Under the pieces are notes generated by a model, which was given only the letters and a program-made list of their open reading frames with translations, made no database searches and was not told the DNA's origin. Both the position numbers and the translations under genes were made by a program. From Camelus dromedarius (Eukaryota): a stretch of DNA of 64,000 nucleotides. Of this stretch, positions 45,068 to 64,000 are shown piece after piece; the stretch's first letter is position 1, and each line of letters begins with the position of its first letter. The stretch covers positions 69,998,001-70,062,000 of the forward strand of contig NC_087444.1 of the NCBI RefSeq assembly GCF_036321535.1, in the 5' to 3' direction.

Positions 45068-46961
45068 AAGCTGTTACAGACCTATTATCTTTTAAACTTT
45101 GCATCATTTTTTTCTGAGTTGGGGCAGAAAAGGAGGTAGTAAAATACAGAGGTTAAGGGTGGTGATTTTGAGTCAGCTAGATATATTGGGTTGGAATCCT
45201 GACTCCAACACTTTCAGAGCCTCACTTTCTTAATCTGTAAATGGGGCTAACGATAGTAATTCCCTTCTTTGGGGTTTTGTGAGGGTTGAATAAGATGCCC
45301 TGACAATGTTGGCCCAGTGCCTGGCACATCATGAGCGTTTGTAATTCGGGAGCTGTTATAATAACAATGATGATGATTATTATTGCTGGACCACACTGCT
45401 CCCAGAGGGTTACAATATCCGTGGGGGAGCTTCACTGTCCGTAGGCAAGGTTACATAATTCCCCAGGGGTTGATGTTTCCCCAGAGGCCTTGGTTTCCCT
45501 GTGGAAGAGGCCTGAGACTTCTGAGGCACTGGGTGAGGGACAGCTCTAACACAGCTAGGAACCCAGCAACGGGAGCTAGCCTTGAAGCCATAAGAACTCA
45601 GAGCCTGACCCTTTAGGCCTTCCCTCTCAGTGACCAGTTCCTCTCACCCTATCTACTCTGTCTTAGGCTCTCGGAGCATCACCTGCAGCACTCTCCCTCC
45701 ACCTCCCCGCCCCGGCCCCGCCCCATTTCTCTTCTTTGGTACCTCAGTCTTATTTGAGACTGTTTCCTGGCTTAGCCTGTGAATATAGCTTCTATTTGCC
45801 CTCTACCCCGCTGCTGCTGGCTCCTACTGGCCATCTGATCATTGCTGATTTCCTGTCAGGCTCCATCCATTCCTCCCAGCTGTAGAGAACAGTCTTAACA
45901 CTGCCCTACGCGCTGGCCTTCATCCTTAAGCCCTGCCTTCCTCTCTCCTGGCAACCCCCCAGTGCCCCTTGGGAGCACATTTGTTCAGACTTTGGTCACC
46001 CCCACGCATCCTGACTCCACCTCCGGAACCCCCTGCCCTGGAGGTGGAGGTGGGGGTACCTCCGGAGGGGCCACCGTGTCCCTAGGACAGCTGCAGTCTG
46101 GGGATGGGGGTGCTCCCTAGTGCATTCTCTCTGGTCACTTCCTCCCCAGCTGGGATTGGGGCTATATGGAAGGACAAGACCCCATCCCCGGAGGAGCGGA
46201 GGACACAGCCGCCTCCCCATTTCCGATACTGGGAAATGCTTCCCACTCATTCCACCGCACCCCTGGACAGCTGCTCCCATTCAGGCTCAGGGTTGGGGGT
46301 GCCAGGTAAGGCCAGGCTGGGAAATGTGGTCTTGATCATCCTCCAAGGTCTTGACCTGGCCCCTCAGCAGAAAAGATTCCGCCTCCTCCCAAAAGGTTCA
46401 TACGTCCTCCTTAGAAATGTTTCTGACACCCATCAGAAGGTACCCCCCCAAATCCTTTTACAGGCTTCCAAAGAAAGTCTGGACTCCCGCAATGGGCGGG
46501 AGAGGAGGAGGGGCGGCACGTCGCGGGTCCTGAGGACATAAGTTATCCGCAGATTTGGAGCCTCAGAGAAGGGTCATGACCCCTAGGACCCCATCCCACC
46601 TCTGCCCCCTCCTTCCTCCGCCCCCTACTCCCCACCCCGTCGCGCGGCCCCTTTAAGCCCAGAGCCGGCCGGTCCTCAGTGGCTGAGAGCCGGCGAGTNN
46701 NNNNNNNNNNNNNNNNNNNNNNNNNNNNNNNNNNNNNNNNNNNNNNNNNNNNNNNNNNNNNNNNNNNNNNNNNNNNNNNNNNNNNNNNNNNNNNNNNNNN
46801 NNNNNNNNNNNNNNNNNNNNNNNNNNNNNNNNNNNNNNNNNNNNNNNNNNNNNNNNNNNNNNNNNNNNNNNNNNNNNNNNNNNNNNNNNNNNNNNNNNNN
46901 NNNNNNNNNNNNNNNNNNGCTGCGGCCCGGAGTCGGGGCGCCTCGCCCGGGGCCCCCCAGC

Positions 46962-53508
<6,547 letters not shown>

Positions 53509-56499
53509 GGGCTGTGGACAGGGGACCCCGTTCCCCCCACCCCCCATGCTTCTTTTGCTGCCTTAACCCCCCCATGCCCTGGAGGTGAGGGCAGCTTTCT
53601 AGTCTCTTCCCTGCCTCCTCCCTTTTCCCTCCCCCATGTTTTGTATAAAACTTTTAATTTCTTTTTTTTTTTTTAATGGTGTGGGTGGGTGGGTGCCCAG
53701 GGCTGGGGGCTGTCCCCTGTCTCCATGGGTTACTAAGCTCCGGGCAAAGTGGTGGTGGGGGGAGGGAGGGGGAACTTAAGGGGGCCACCTCCATTCTGGG
53801 GAATTTATATTTGAACTGAGGTTCTGGCCTCAAAGCCCAGGAACTTTTTTATTACAATCGTTTAGGAAGTAAAGCCTTGTCTCCCTCCCTGTTCTCTGCC
53901 TCCTGTACCTCTCTCCACCCCCCGGCCATCCTCAGCCCCAGTCCTGCCTTCCCTGCCCCTCCAGGGGCCATGAGTGCCTGGATTTCTCATACCCTACAGG
54001 GTTGCAGCAGGGGAGGGAGGGACATTTTAATGATGAACCAAAAATTCCGTGTTGGGGAGGGTGGGGGGCAGAGGAGGGTGAGGGGTGCCGCCCATAGGCC
54101 ACAAATCTCTACAAGTGCCTGCTATCCCTCTCCTCCCCACCCCAGCACCGGTCCAAACCCTTCACCCCCAGCTGCTCCTAGGACTAGCCCTTAGGCAGGC
54201 GGGTGGGGAGGGGGTGCCCTGAAACCAAACTGGAAGCCCCCTCTGCCTCTCAGCTGGGGCCCCTGGGGTGGGGGTCTGTGGTCAAGCCTTATTCTGTATT
54301 GGGGATGGAGGGTGGTGGGGAGGGAATCTGGGGGCTGCTGGAGAATGTATTCAAAACAATAAAACTTTGGACCTTTGGATGCAGTGACCTGTCCTGGGTG
54401 CTGGGTGCAGCCACCACAGGGCCACAGCCTTTGCTTGGTTCTTAAGGACAGGGGCCTGGACTGGACCCCACCCCCCAACTGTGGGTTTATTGCCAGAGGG
54501 CCTAACCCCATCTAAATGGGTTAAATCTAGGCCTGGGAAATGAATTCCTGACTTTGAGGGGGCACTTAACTCCCCATACCTGGTGATGAAGGTCCTAGGC
54601 ATACTCTGGCCCTCTTGACTGCACCCATCTTAAATGGGGGATCAGCTCATCCTTGGGTGCACTTAGGACTAAAACACCACAGCATTGCCCTTGCTCTTCG
54701 GCCTTAAAATGCCTTTCCTCTCCGAATTCCTATCCATGCCTCCAGGCTCTGGTGGAGGACTGGAGTTCCTTTGCATTACCTCTAGCGTCCTCCCACACAT
54801 CACTCTCCTTAAGGGCCCTTCTGAGTTAATCTGGGAGCCTTTTGGCAACAGGCCTGCAGTATGTCTTGAATGTAGAACCTTGCAAAGTACCTTAGTGATC
54901 TTCTATCAAACCATTGGAACACACTCCACCAGCAAGGTGGGGGCAAGTGGCTGACTTAAATGACTTGCCCAAGGCCTTAGGTCCAGCCAGGACTATAAAT
55001 GAGGTCAGTCTCTGAAGCCTATGTTCTTCCAACAACTAAGTTTTCCTAAAGCCAGGATGATTGGATCAAGACCAGGACCTCAAGGTCATAGGATCCAAAA
55101 AGTGAGGCCATAGATCTAGAAGCCCAAGTTAGAGAACTTGAATCAGAGATGAAAGAATCAGGAGGAGGAATCCAAGCTGGAGGTGCCCTTAGAGACAGCA
55201 CGATCCCTTTGGTGCAGGTGAGGTGCCTGAGGCCCAGAGAGGGGAAGGGGTTTCCCCAAGGCCACACAGCTGCTAAGAGATGGAGTGGGAACTGAGGGCT
55301 CAGGGCCTGTTGGACTGACCTCACTGAAACTCACCGTGAGGGGGAAGGAACTGGCAACTCCACTTCATCCTCATTTCATGCTGCCCAGGGTGGGTGGTCC
55401 CAAATGATGTCTGTTGGCAGTGAAGAGAAGAGCCAGGGCTGGGGTCCTGGCAGAAAACAGGCTCCTGTGGCAGCCTGCGGGCAACTGCTCCCTCTCCTGG
55501 GTGATGTAAGTCACTCCCTGGGGTGGGGGCCACTGGGATATTTCTGGAAGTTGGGATGAGGCATGTCTCCTGGCAACACAGATGCAGCTGAGTTGGTGGT
55601 GGTGGTGTGATGGAGAAAGGGGGATGTCATCACTTTGTGGAGGAGGGAAGCCCCTGATTAGTAGTCTCAGCCCCTGATTCTAGAGCCTTCAAAGCACCTC
55701 TAAGCCAGGTCAAATATGGATTCAAAAGTGCTCAGCTCCAGAACTGCTTTCAGGTCAGACCACAGCCCAGCCAGACTTACTGCGGCAAATTCTGGCTAAG
55801 TAGATGTCACAGGTGGCATTTGGTCTTGAAAACTCCAGCGGCTTCTCTAATCTTTAATGACCCATCCAAATCTATTCAGTATTTGCAAGACCATACCCTT
55901 GCTCTTTCCCACATCCTCTGGGATCTCTGATTCCAAGTAGAAAGTCCAAATCTCATGACACTTCAGTTAATGCATCCCATCGGAGACCCTCTTCATACCT
56001 ATAACCCCTAGCATCCCTACAGACTCCCAAAGCTCCTTCCGGACGCATTTCAAGCATCCCTCACCTCTTCAGGTCCCTCAGAGATCCCCTCAGTCACCAG
56101 TAGTTTCTCGGTCTTCCACAGACCTTTTATAGGCACCCCAAGTCTTCTCTGACTTCACTGGTTCCCAGTAAGACCACTTCACCTAGTCATGGACTCCCCT
56201 GAGCACCCACTTACAACCCGCTCTAACACCCCTCAACGACGTTCTCGGCTCGTATAGGCATTCAGGTAAGTTTCCCTCAGACTGACGCCTCAGACTCCCA
56301 CGGACCCCAGTCCCCTCTGGCGGTTGCCCACGCGCAGCCCCCTGCGCATGTCCCACGGGTTCTGGCCGTTAAATAACTGCCGCAGTCCGACCCTGCTCGC
56401 CAGCCCTTGTAGGTCGTCTTAGTCCAGTTTAGGATTCCCCAGGCTTTGGGGCTTGATTCAGATTTTTGCCTTTGGACTCCGAGCCGCCGTCAGGGGGCA

Positions 56500-58310
56500 G
56501 CCGGCACTGTTTGGCTGAGAAATTACTACAACTCCCAGAAGCACCCGCTCTAGGCTGTTCGTGATATAGCCTCATTCATTGAGAATGGAGCGGAAGTGTG
56601 CCTGCGCTGTGCCTTCTGGTTAATGTAGTTCGAGAAGGCTTTAGCGCTACTGTCAGCCCGGCTCCATGGAGTCTGTGTCGGCTGGGAATTGCGGTCAGCT
56701 ACAGACCGAGTGGCCCAGACTTTTTTCAGGCTTCAGAAAGGGCAGAACAATGAGTGTGATCACAGGGTCTGATTAAAGTGAAGTCTAGAGACTCCATTTC
56801 CCATCATTCCACGAGGTAGGGGGAGCTGCGAGTGATTTCATTCCGGTTCCAAGTATTTCCGGGACGGACGGACGGACACGCACGCACGCACGCACGCGCG
56901 CGCACGAACTCTGTTTCCCAGCGCGCTTTGAGGCTCCCGTCCTTCCGGGTATTAATCGGTAAATGGGGAGACATAATGCGTGCACAAAAACCTGAGGCTA
57001 CTTCTAGCAGCCGGCTTTTCTTTTTGGCCTTCCGGGATCCTGTAGTTTAGAAAGCGTAAGAACGTAAAAACCTGAATAGGGGTTCAAGACAGTCCTGAGA
57101 AACCGCCGGAAACTTTGTTTCCCAAATTGTTTGCGGGAAGGGTTTTTTCTCCTGGATTTGTGGACACTTGGAGCTTAGAGTGTTTGGACTCCATTTTCCA
57201 GCAGCCCCTGATCGACTTCGGCTCTTTCCTTGGGACCTGGGGGCGGGACAAGAAGCACTGAAACATTCTTCAGTTTCCCCCAGGCGACTACCGTCTTTCA
57301 CCTTTCGCTCACACTCTCCCGAAGGTACCCATTAGACTACACTTCCCGGCAAGCCTCTGCAGCCTCCTCTCACAAAGGGTCAGGATCCGGTCTGGACTAG
57401 TCCCCAGCATGCTTCAGGATCCTTAGTAGACCCTTCTCCCTCAGTCAGTGGGAAGGCTGCCTTGAACTCCATTTCCCAGAAGACAAAAGGGCTTGATGTA
57501 ATACCTTCTCTGAGGCCTTGGTGCTGACTACATTTCCCAGTAAGAACTACAGCCTAGCGTACAACGGAGGGGGACTGCTATACCTACTCCATTTCCTAGC
57601 CTATCTCCGGAACTGCAGTATCCACTTGGGGCTTAGGAAATCACATAGGACTCCATTTCCCGGCGTGCTTTGGGAGTCGCTTTACACCTGCAATGCGGTG
57701 AGGGCGTGGCGGCGACTCCATTTCCCGGCTTGCCTCACGGCCCGATATCTGTGGGTCCGTCAGTGTGGACTCAATTTCCCAGAGTGCACCTGGCGCCGGT
57801 CGGCAAACAACCAGTAGCCTAAGTGAGGGACTGGACTCCGTGTCCCAGAATGCATCAGGCCTACACTGCTCACTGATGGAGTGGCTGCGAGTTTATTTCT
57901 GAGGTACACCGAGGAACGACCGGTTGCCGCAACAGAGTGAGTGTGAGACTGTAACTCTGCTTCCGAAAGTGCTTCAGAGTCCGTGGTCTGCACAGTCGGC
58001 CAACTTACTGCCCAGTATTCTATTTCCCGACGTGCAGCGCGACCTAGCATCCTGTCTACTCTGAGGTATTTGCGGACTCCATTTCCCGGCGTGCCAAGCG
58101 GCTCTCTGAGAGGGCGGAGAGCGGCTACGGCGGCACGAAGGGAAGGCGGACTGCATCTCCCAGCGTGCCTCGCGGCGGGCGCTGGGCCGGAGCCGGAGCC
58201 CGAGCGGCGCGGCCTGGAAGAGGCCGGAGCCCGGGGGAGGCGGCGGCGGCGGCAGCGGCGGGGGCAGCCCGGGCAGCCCGAGCCCCGCGGCCTGGGCCTG
58301 CGCTCGGCGC
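56500..58310 (+). promoter_or_regulatory. GSK3A promoter: CpG island with a tandem array of RACTMCATTTCCCRGCRTGC (ZNF143 SBS2/THAP11-type) motifs
   Basis: Copies start at 56525, 56790, 56907, 57187, 57335, 57395, 57465, 57526, 57585, 57649, 57714, 57768, 57834, 58016, 58075 and 58149. An ETS/GABP site CGGAAGTG lies at 56591-56598. Confidence 0.75.
56868..56905. repeat. (GGAC)n/(GCAC)n/(GC)n compound microsatellite in the GSK3A promoter
   Basis: The sequence reads GGACGGACGGACACGCACGCACGCACGCACGCGCGCGCAC. Confidence 0.85.
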
Positions 58311-58311
58311 C

Positions 58312-61300
58312 ATGAGCGGTGGCGCGCCTTCAGGGGGCGGCCCCGGGGGCTCGGGCCGGGCGCGGACCAGCTCGTTCGCGGAGCCAGGCGGCGGAGGCGG
58401 CGGCGGCGGCGGCCCCGGGGGCTCGGCCTCCGGCCCAGGCGGCAGCGGCGGCGGGAAGGCGTCAGTCGGAGCCATGGGCGGGGGCGTGGTGGCCCCGAGC
58501 TCCGGGGGTGGCCCCAGCGGCAGCGGCGGAGGAGGCAGTAGCGGCCCCGGTGCGGGCACCAGCTTCCCGCCGCCGGGAGTGAAGCTGGGCCGTGAGTATT
58601 AACGGCGCCCGTGGCGGGTGGAGATCGGGGGTCCCTGAAGCCTTTCAGACGTCAATCAAGTTCTTCTTTACTCTCGGAGAGAGGCTCGAGGTCACTGTGC
58701 CTACTTAAACTGGGATCTGAGCTTTACCCCTCCCAGAGAAAGGAATGGGGGTTACCATCACTTGGAGTTTGGGATTAGAATTAGTAACCCTCTAAGAGAC
58801 AGGGGTCACAGTTTCCTGTTTTTCGAGTACTAAAGTCTTGGGTCCTTGAGCCTTCAAAACAGGGATCTGATGTTGCCATCCATTAGAGAACAGGATTAGG
58901 GGTCATTATCGCTCGCAAATGGGACTCAAGGGTTATTGTTCCCCAAGACAACAAGAATAAGATCGCCACAGAAGGGGAATCTGAATTTGCTCCTCTTTAG
59001 AGCATGGGGATTTGGAGTGAATATCACTTAGAAGCAAAGGTTAGGATTTGCTGTGTCCCAGAGAATAGGGGCAGGCCTTTCTATACCTGGTACCCAGTCA
59101 TCTTCTGTTTTAAAACGCTAGGCCTAGTATCATTACCTGTTCATAATATGTAGAATTGTACCCTCAATGGTGGAAATTAATGCTTGCTACTTCTTAGAAA
59201 TACGGACACATTGGAAGTCAGCATACCTTTCAGAGCAAGTCCATAGTCGCTCTTAATCAAAAAAGATTAGTGGGTCTTCTTTCACAAGAAATGGAATAGG
59301 GGGAGAGGGTCACAGTTCTTCTCTATAGAATAGGGATGTGAGATTATATCCATTTCATTATTCTGAGATATGGTGTGATCTGGAAAAATAGCTATGCAGG
59401 ATCACCTTCCTCCAGAAGAAGGTGTCACTGGCTCCTCAAAATGGATTTGATTCATCGGTGACCTTGTTGAGGGGAGGAACCTTTCATCAGTTCCCCAAAG
59501 AAAAGGGGTCACTATCCCCCAAGAATGTCACCAAATTTTGCTGCCATTCAGAGAATGGACTTGGGAATTACAGCTTTCCTTCAAAGGACTGAGGCTGGGA
59601 TAGCCCCCTGATGACAGATGTCAGGTTCACCAGTCTCACTATAGTGCTCATCCTTTAGAGACCACTCACATGCAGGAAGGGTTCTGGGGCTCTGTACTAC
59701 AGGTAACAGATGAGGTCACATCAATGCCTCCTTCTAGCCCCAAAGTACTTGGTTAAGAGCTAATTGCCCCCAAAAAGTGAGTCAGAGCACTAGCACTCAT
59801 TATGGGAGGAGTCATTCATTTCTGTCACCAGAAACCAGTGGTGAAGTTACCAGTTCCACTTAGGGAGGACTTTGACATCACTATCCCCCGAGCCGTGAGA
59901 AAGGTTAGTGATTTCTTAAAGTAGAAGTACCTCAGGGTTACTGCTATCAAGTGGAAGAGGTTAGGTTAGGCTATCCACAGAGGAAGGGCCAGAGGGCTGT
60001 TAGTGCACAGTGGATGGATTCAACATCTGGGAGTGTCCGTGCCTCCTCAGATCAAGAGGGACCAGTGAATGCTGCTTACTGGAAGTGGAAATTGGGGGTT
60101 ATCAAGCCTTGAACATCAAGAGGTTTCATGTGTCAGTATCCTCCCATATGGGAGGAGATGGCAGGATTTAGGGTTCCATGAAGGAAAGGAGGGAAAGGGC
60201 ACTAGGAGGCATTCATCTTTAAAGATGGGGAAAGGACAAAGAACCCCCTCAATGAGCTTTCTGCAGAGATTTCCCTCCCTCTCACAGCCCTAGGCTGGGG
60301 TGGTGGCCAGAGGGGGAAAGGTCAGTAGATCCTGTGTTCCCTTTGTTCCCCAGGTGACAGCGGGAAGGTGACCACAGTGGTAGCCACTCTAGGCCAAGGC
60401 CCGGAGCGCTCCCAGGAGGTGGCTTACACAGACATCAAAGTGATTGGCAATGGCTCATTTGGGGTCGTGTACCAGGCACGACTGGCAGACACCAGGGAAT
60501 TGGTGGCCATCAAGAAGGTTCTCCAGGACAAGAGGTTCAAGGTAGCTTGTGGGGAACAGGTACAAGGAGGTTTGACTGCACATAACTGGTGAGAGAACTC
60601 CAGCAGGAGTGCTGGACTTGGGCTTCTACAGGGGATCTGAACATGGGCCAGAGAAGAAGGGAGTGAGTTGTGTGAAAGATGGGAATGTGTATTCCAGGAG
60701 AGCCCAAAGCTGACTTTTATTGCACTTTTGTTCTTTGTAACTGCTTTATAGGCAAGTTTAACTTACACAAAGATTCTCTGAGGATAGGTACTGTAGTCAT
60801 TCCCATTCTAAGTAAGCAGAAACTGGAAACTGAGACTCAGATAAAAGAATTGCCCAAGGTCAAGACGAGAATCTGATTCCCAGGCCCTTCATCTTAATCA
60901 CTAAGTTACACCCTGCCCAGAGGAGAAAGGAGGCTGATGGGCCTGATGAGTATTTTCGAAGGTCAAGCTCTGCCCCAGGGGTTTGGCAAGGGCAGGGTGA
61001 AATCCTGACTATGCTGCATGTGCTTTGGTATGGGGCTCTGTCCCCCTTTCCTCATTCATACAGAGGTGCCCTGTGAACTAGCAGAGGCCCAGGGAAATGG
61101 AAGAAGATAGCAGAGGTGGAAGCTGATGGATAATCGGTGTTTGAAGGACTGGAAGTCTGCATCCTAGGCTAGTCTGGATGTAGGAGAACTGGGCTGAAGG
61201 GATCTAGGTCAGAGCCTGGGGCTCAGCAGTGAGAACTCTCAGGGGCAGGAGAAGCTCCAGGATGCTGGTCAGAATTTGAATATAGTTAAGTCCCAGAAGT

Positions 61301-64000
61301 GAGTGGGATCTAACTATAGGGAATTCTGAGGCCCCTGAGGGGAACAGAGCATAGGGTAGAATGCTGAGGCTAGGTCTTCTGGAAGAGGTTGAGGCTGATC
61401 CCCTTTGGGAAGATGAGGATTAGAAGCCTGGAGACTGGGACTCAGGATTCAAGCCAGAGTCCAAGGGTCCAGATGCCTCCAGTGAAAGCAATAGGGAGGT
61501 GTGGGGACCAGTGTAAACTGGATGGCCACTATCTGTCTGCTGTTGCATGTGCCATGCAGGGAGATGGGCCTCATGTGGCCACATCATCTAATTTTTCAAG
61601 AGAAGCTGGAAAGCTTAGATTTACACGTGAAGTCATTTGATTTCCAAATGTCAGCAAAAAATCAAACACTTTTTAAAAGTAGGCTGAAGAAAGCACATAC
61701 AAGTGGTCTAGGTTAGCCCAGAGGCCTCCAGTTTCTGTGTGAGGGGAGTGGGTTGGGGGTGAGGAATTGGGGGCTGCCCCAGGGGGCCTTGGATCTGGGA
61801 CACAGGGAGTGGCTGCTTGGCTCTGTTGGCAGGAACAGTGAGCAGGGCTGTGGTGAGGGGTGCTGGGGGGGGAGGCAGGGAGAGTTGGTTGTTTTCTGAA
61901 GCTCTTTCCCTTTGCCCCCAAGAACCGAGAGCTGCAGATTATGCGTAAGCTGGACCACTGCAATATCGTGAGGCTGAGATACTTTTTCTACTCCAGTGGG
62001 GAGAAGGTGAGAGCTCGGTGTGTAGGGAAGTCCTCCACCTTGACTCCATTTGTTTGCCTGCCTGCCTTTCTCATGACTCAGTCCCTTCCCCTATTTTTCC
62101 CCACAAACCTCTCCCTCCTTGCTTGCTCTTTTCTCACAATACCTCACACCCCTCCTTTGCAGAAAGATGAGCTTTATCTAAATCTGGTGCTGGAATATGT
62201 GCCTGAGACAGTGTACCGGGTGGCCCGTCATTTTACCAAGGCCAAGCTGACCATCCCTATCATCTACGTCAAGGTAGGCAGGCAGGCAGGCTGCTGGAGT
62301 CCAGGCCCTACTGCCTCTGTGGGTACCCTCATCTCCAAGTTTACATTGGTCTCTGGAGGCCTCATGGTCCCTGCCCTTGTCTCTATACCCCAGAGATGAA
62401 GCTCGCGAAACGCAAGGCAGCCCAACTAGAGGCCAGGGGCTCAACCAGGGACTGGGGAGGCTGCAAGGTACCTGAAAGCCCAGTGGCACCAGTGGTGCTG
62501 ATGGAGTTAGCTCAGAATTGAGATAGGGACTGAGAATGCGGGGTGGGGGGTGGGTGGCGATGCTGAGGTTAGTCCCGGCCTCTGGAGCCTTGGCTGAGGA
62601 GGGTGGGAAGGAGGCAGGATTGGAGGGAAGTTAGTGTCCACATAGCCAGGAAAGCATGAGTCTTCATTTGTCACCTGTGCAGGCTCATTCCCCAGTGCCT
62701 GGTGCTGTGCCCTGTATATTACTATCCCTACGGAAGTGTTTAAGTAAACTAATGAGTGAATGAGCCTAGGGATGCTGTGGAGAACAGAGGCTGGAGCTGC
62801 CAGCTGCACTGGGAGAAGGAGGGTGCATTGCTGGAGGTTGCCTGGGCCCGGTTCTTCCCCCTGCTGGCTTTAAGCATCCCGGGCCTAGGTGAGCCATGGG
62901 ACTCTCCCAGTAGTTGGTGCTGTGGGACCTTACCTCCTGGGAGGGTCTTGTCTGGTTTGTTGAATATGTCCTGTGGCTGTCTGGGTATCAGGCCCAACAC
63001 TGAGCAGTTCCAGAGGCCCAGTTGACTGAGACCCAGGTCTTGCTCCTAAAGAGTTCTCAGTTTAGCAGGATAGACAGGTATTACAAGAACTATAAAAGTA
63101 CTGCCATACTAGAAGGATCACAGGGAATTCTGGAAACAGAGGTGGCCCCCAGCCCTGCCTGCTTTGTGGGTGAGAAGGATCCAGGAATGCTTCTGGAAGG
63201 AGACCAGGCACAGGGCAAGAAAGTGAATTCTCTTGCCAAGGGCAGTGAGAACAGAGGAAGAGGGGGCCCAGGAAGCAGGCCTGAGCAGTTATTATGTGCC
63301 AGCTACTGGTCAAGGCCCTGGGGGATGCGCCAGCGATGGAAACACAAAGATCCCTGCTCTTTTGGCACTTCCATCCTAGTCAGTAGGAAGGAGAGTGGCA
63401 GGAAAACCCAGCCAGAGGAGGGCTGGCGCGTGAATGGTTTTGACTGACGGATGAAAGAGGCTGAGCCCTTCCTGTAGCCAGTGGTTTTGGTGAGGGGGAA
63501 GCTGAGTGCCTGGCTCCCTAGCCTGCTTTAAAACGGCCTCCCTGAAGTATTTGTCTTATTCATCAGGCCTCTGCTGAAATGTGTGATTGAAGCAGTGGTT
63601 TCCCAAGTATGGAACAGCACCAGCACTAGGAAGCTTGTCGCAAATGCCTTGAGAACCACTGATCAGAAACTCTGGGAGTGGGGCCCAGCAGCCCCTGTTT
63701 TGACAAGGCCTCCCAGTGATTCTGGTGCTCACTAAAGTGAGAACCAAGAGGCAGCAGAAGCGTTTTCCATTCAGGGAGAGTGGGCCTGGAAGGGCTCTTC
63801 AGGCTGAGATGGTGGAGCGGTGGCATGCTGTGTGGGAGAGCTGGGCTGGAGTTGTGCTGTCCCCTGCCTGCTCCAGGTGTACATGTACCAGCTCTTCCGG
63901 AGCTTGGCCTACATCCACTCCCAGGGTGTGTGTCACCGCGACATCAAGCCCCAGAACCTGCTGGTGGACCCCGACACAGCTGTCCTCAAGCTCTGCGATT
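58312..64000 (+). CDS. GSK3A: Glycogen synthase kinase-3 alpha, exons 1-5 (3' truncated by the window end)
   Basis: Exons are 58312-58591 (Gly-rich N-terminus with RARTSSF = Ser21), 60354-60541 (GNGSFG, VAIK), 61923-62006, 62163-62273 (LEYVPET) and 63877-64000+ (HRDIKPQN...LKLCD). Confidence 0.98.
60740..60910 (-). mobile_element. MIR SINE in GSK3A intron 2
   Basis: The sequence includes CCCATTCTAAG...GAAACTGAGACTCAG...TTGCCCAAGGTCA. Confidence 0.65.
63593..63750. mobile_element. MER5A-like hAT-Charlie MITE
   Basis: The sequence includes CAGTGGTTTCCCAAGT...ATCAGAAACTCTGGGAGTGGGCCCAGCAG...TGATTCTGGTGC...GAGAACCA. Confidence 0.75.

Overview
This is mammalian genomic DNA, the ortholog of the human 19q13.2 block. 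It is most likely from a camelid, judged from the tRNA-headed SINEs ending in an AAATAAACCTAATTACCTCCCC-type tail. Five intron-containing genes can be built exon by exon with GT-AG sites and intact frames. They are PRR19 (-, 363 aa), PAFAH1B3 (+, 232 aa), CIC (-, CIC-S 1608 aa and CIC-L about 2513 aa), ERF (+, 555 aa) and the 5' part of GSK3A (+, exons 1-5, cut by the window end). The window also holds several CpG-island promoters, L1/L2/MIR/SINE/LTR/MER5 repeats and eleven N-runs. The three N-runs inside exons match the recalled human ortholog length exactly, so they look like masked conserved sequence rather than ordinary gaps. The most interesting observations are: (1) a phase-compatible ERF exon 3 to GSK3A exon 2 read-through that would give an ETS-domain/GSK3-alpha kinase chimera without Ser21; (2) about 15 ZNF143/THAP11-type motifs, mostly spaced 55-75 bp apart, in front of GSK3A; (3) a 6 x 68-bp repeat carrying paired E-boxes upstream of the CIC-S promoter; (4) a proximal CIC poly(A) signal that would remove miR-17/93, miR-92 and Pumilio sites; (5) extra candidate CIC promoters (an intronic CpG island, an upstream exon and a solo LTR). 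Comparisons with human proteins come from memory and need confirmation by alignment.
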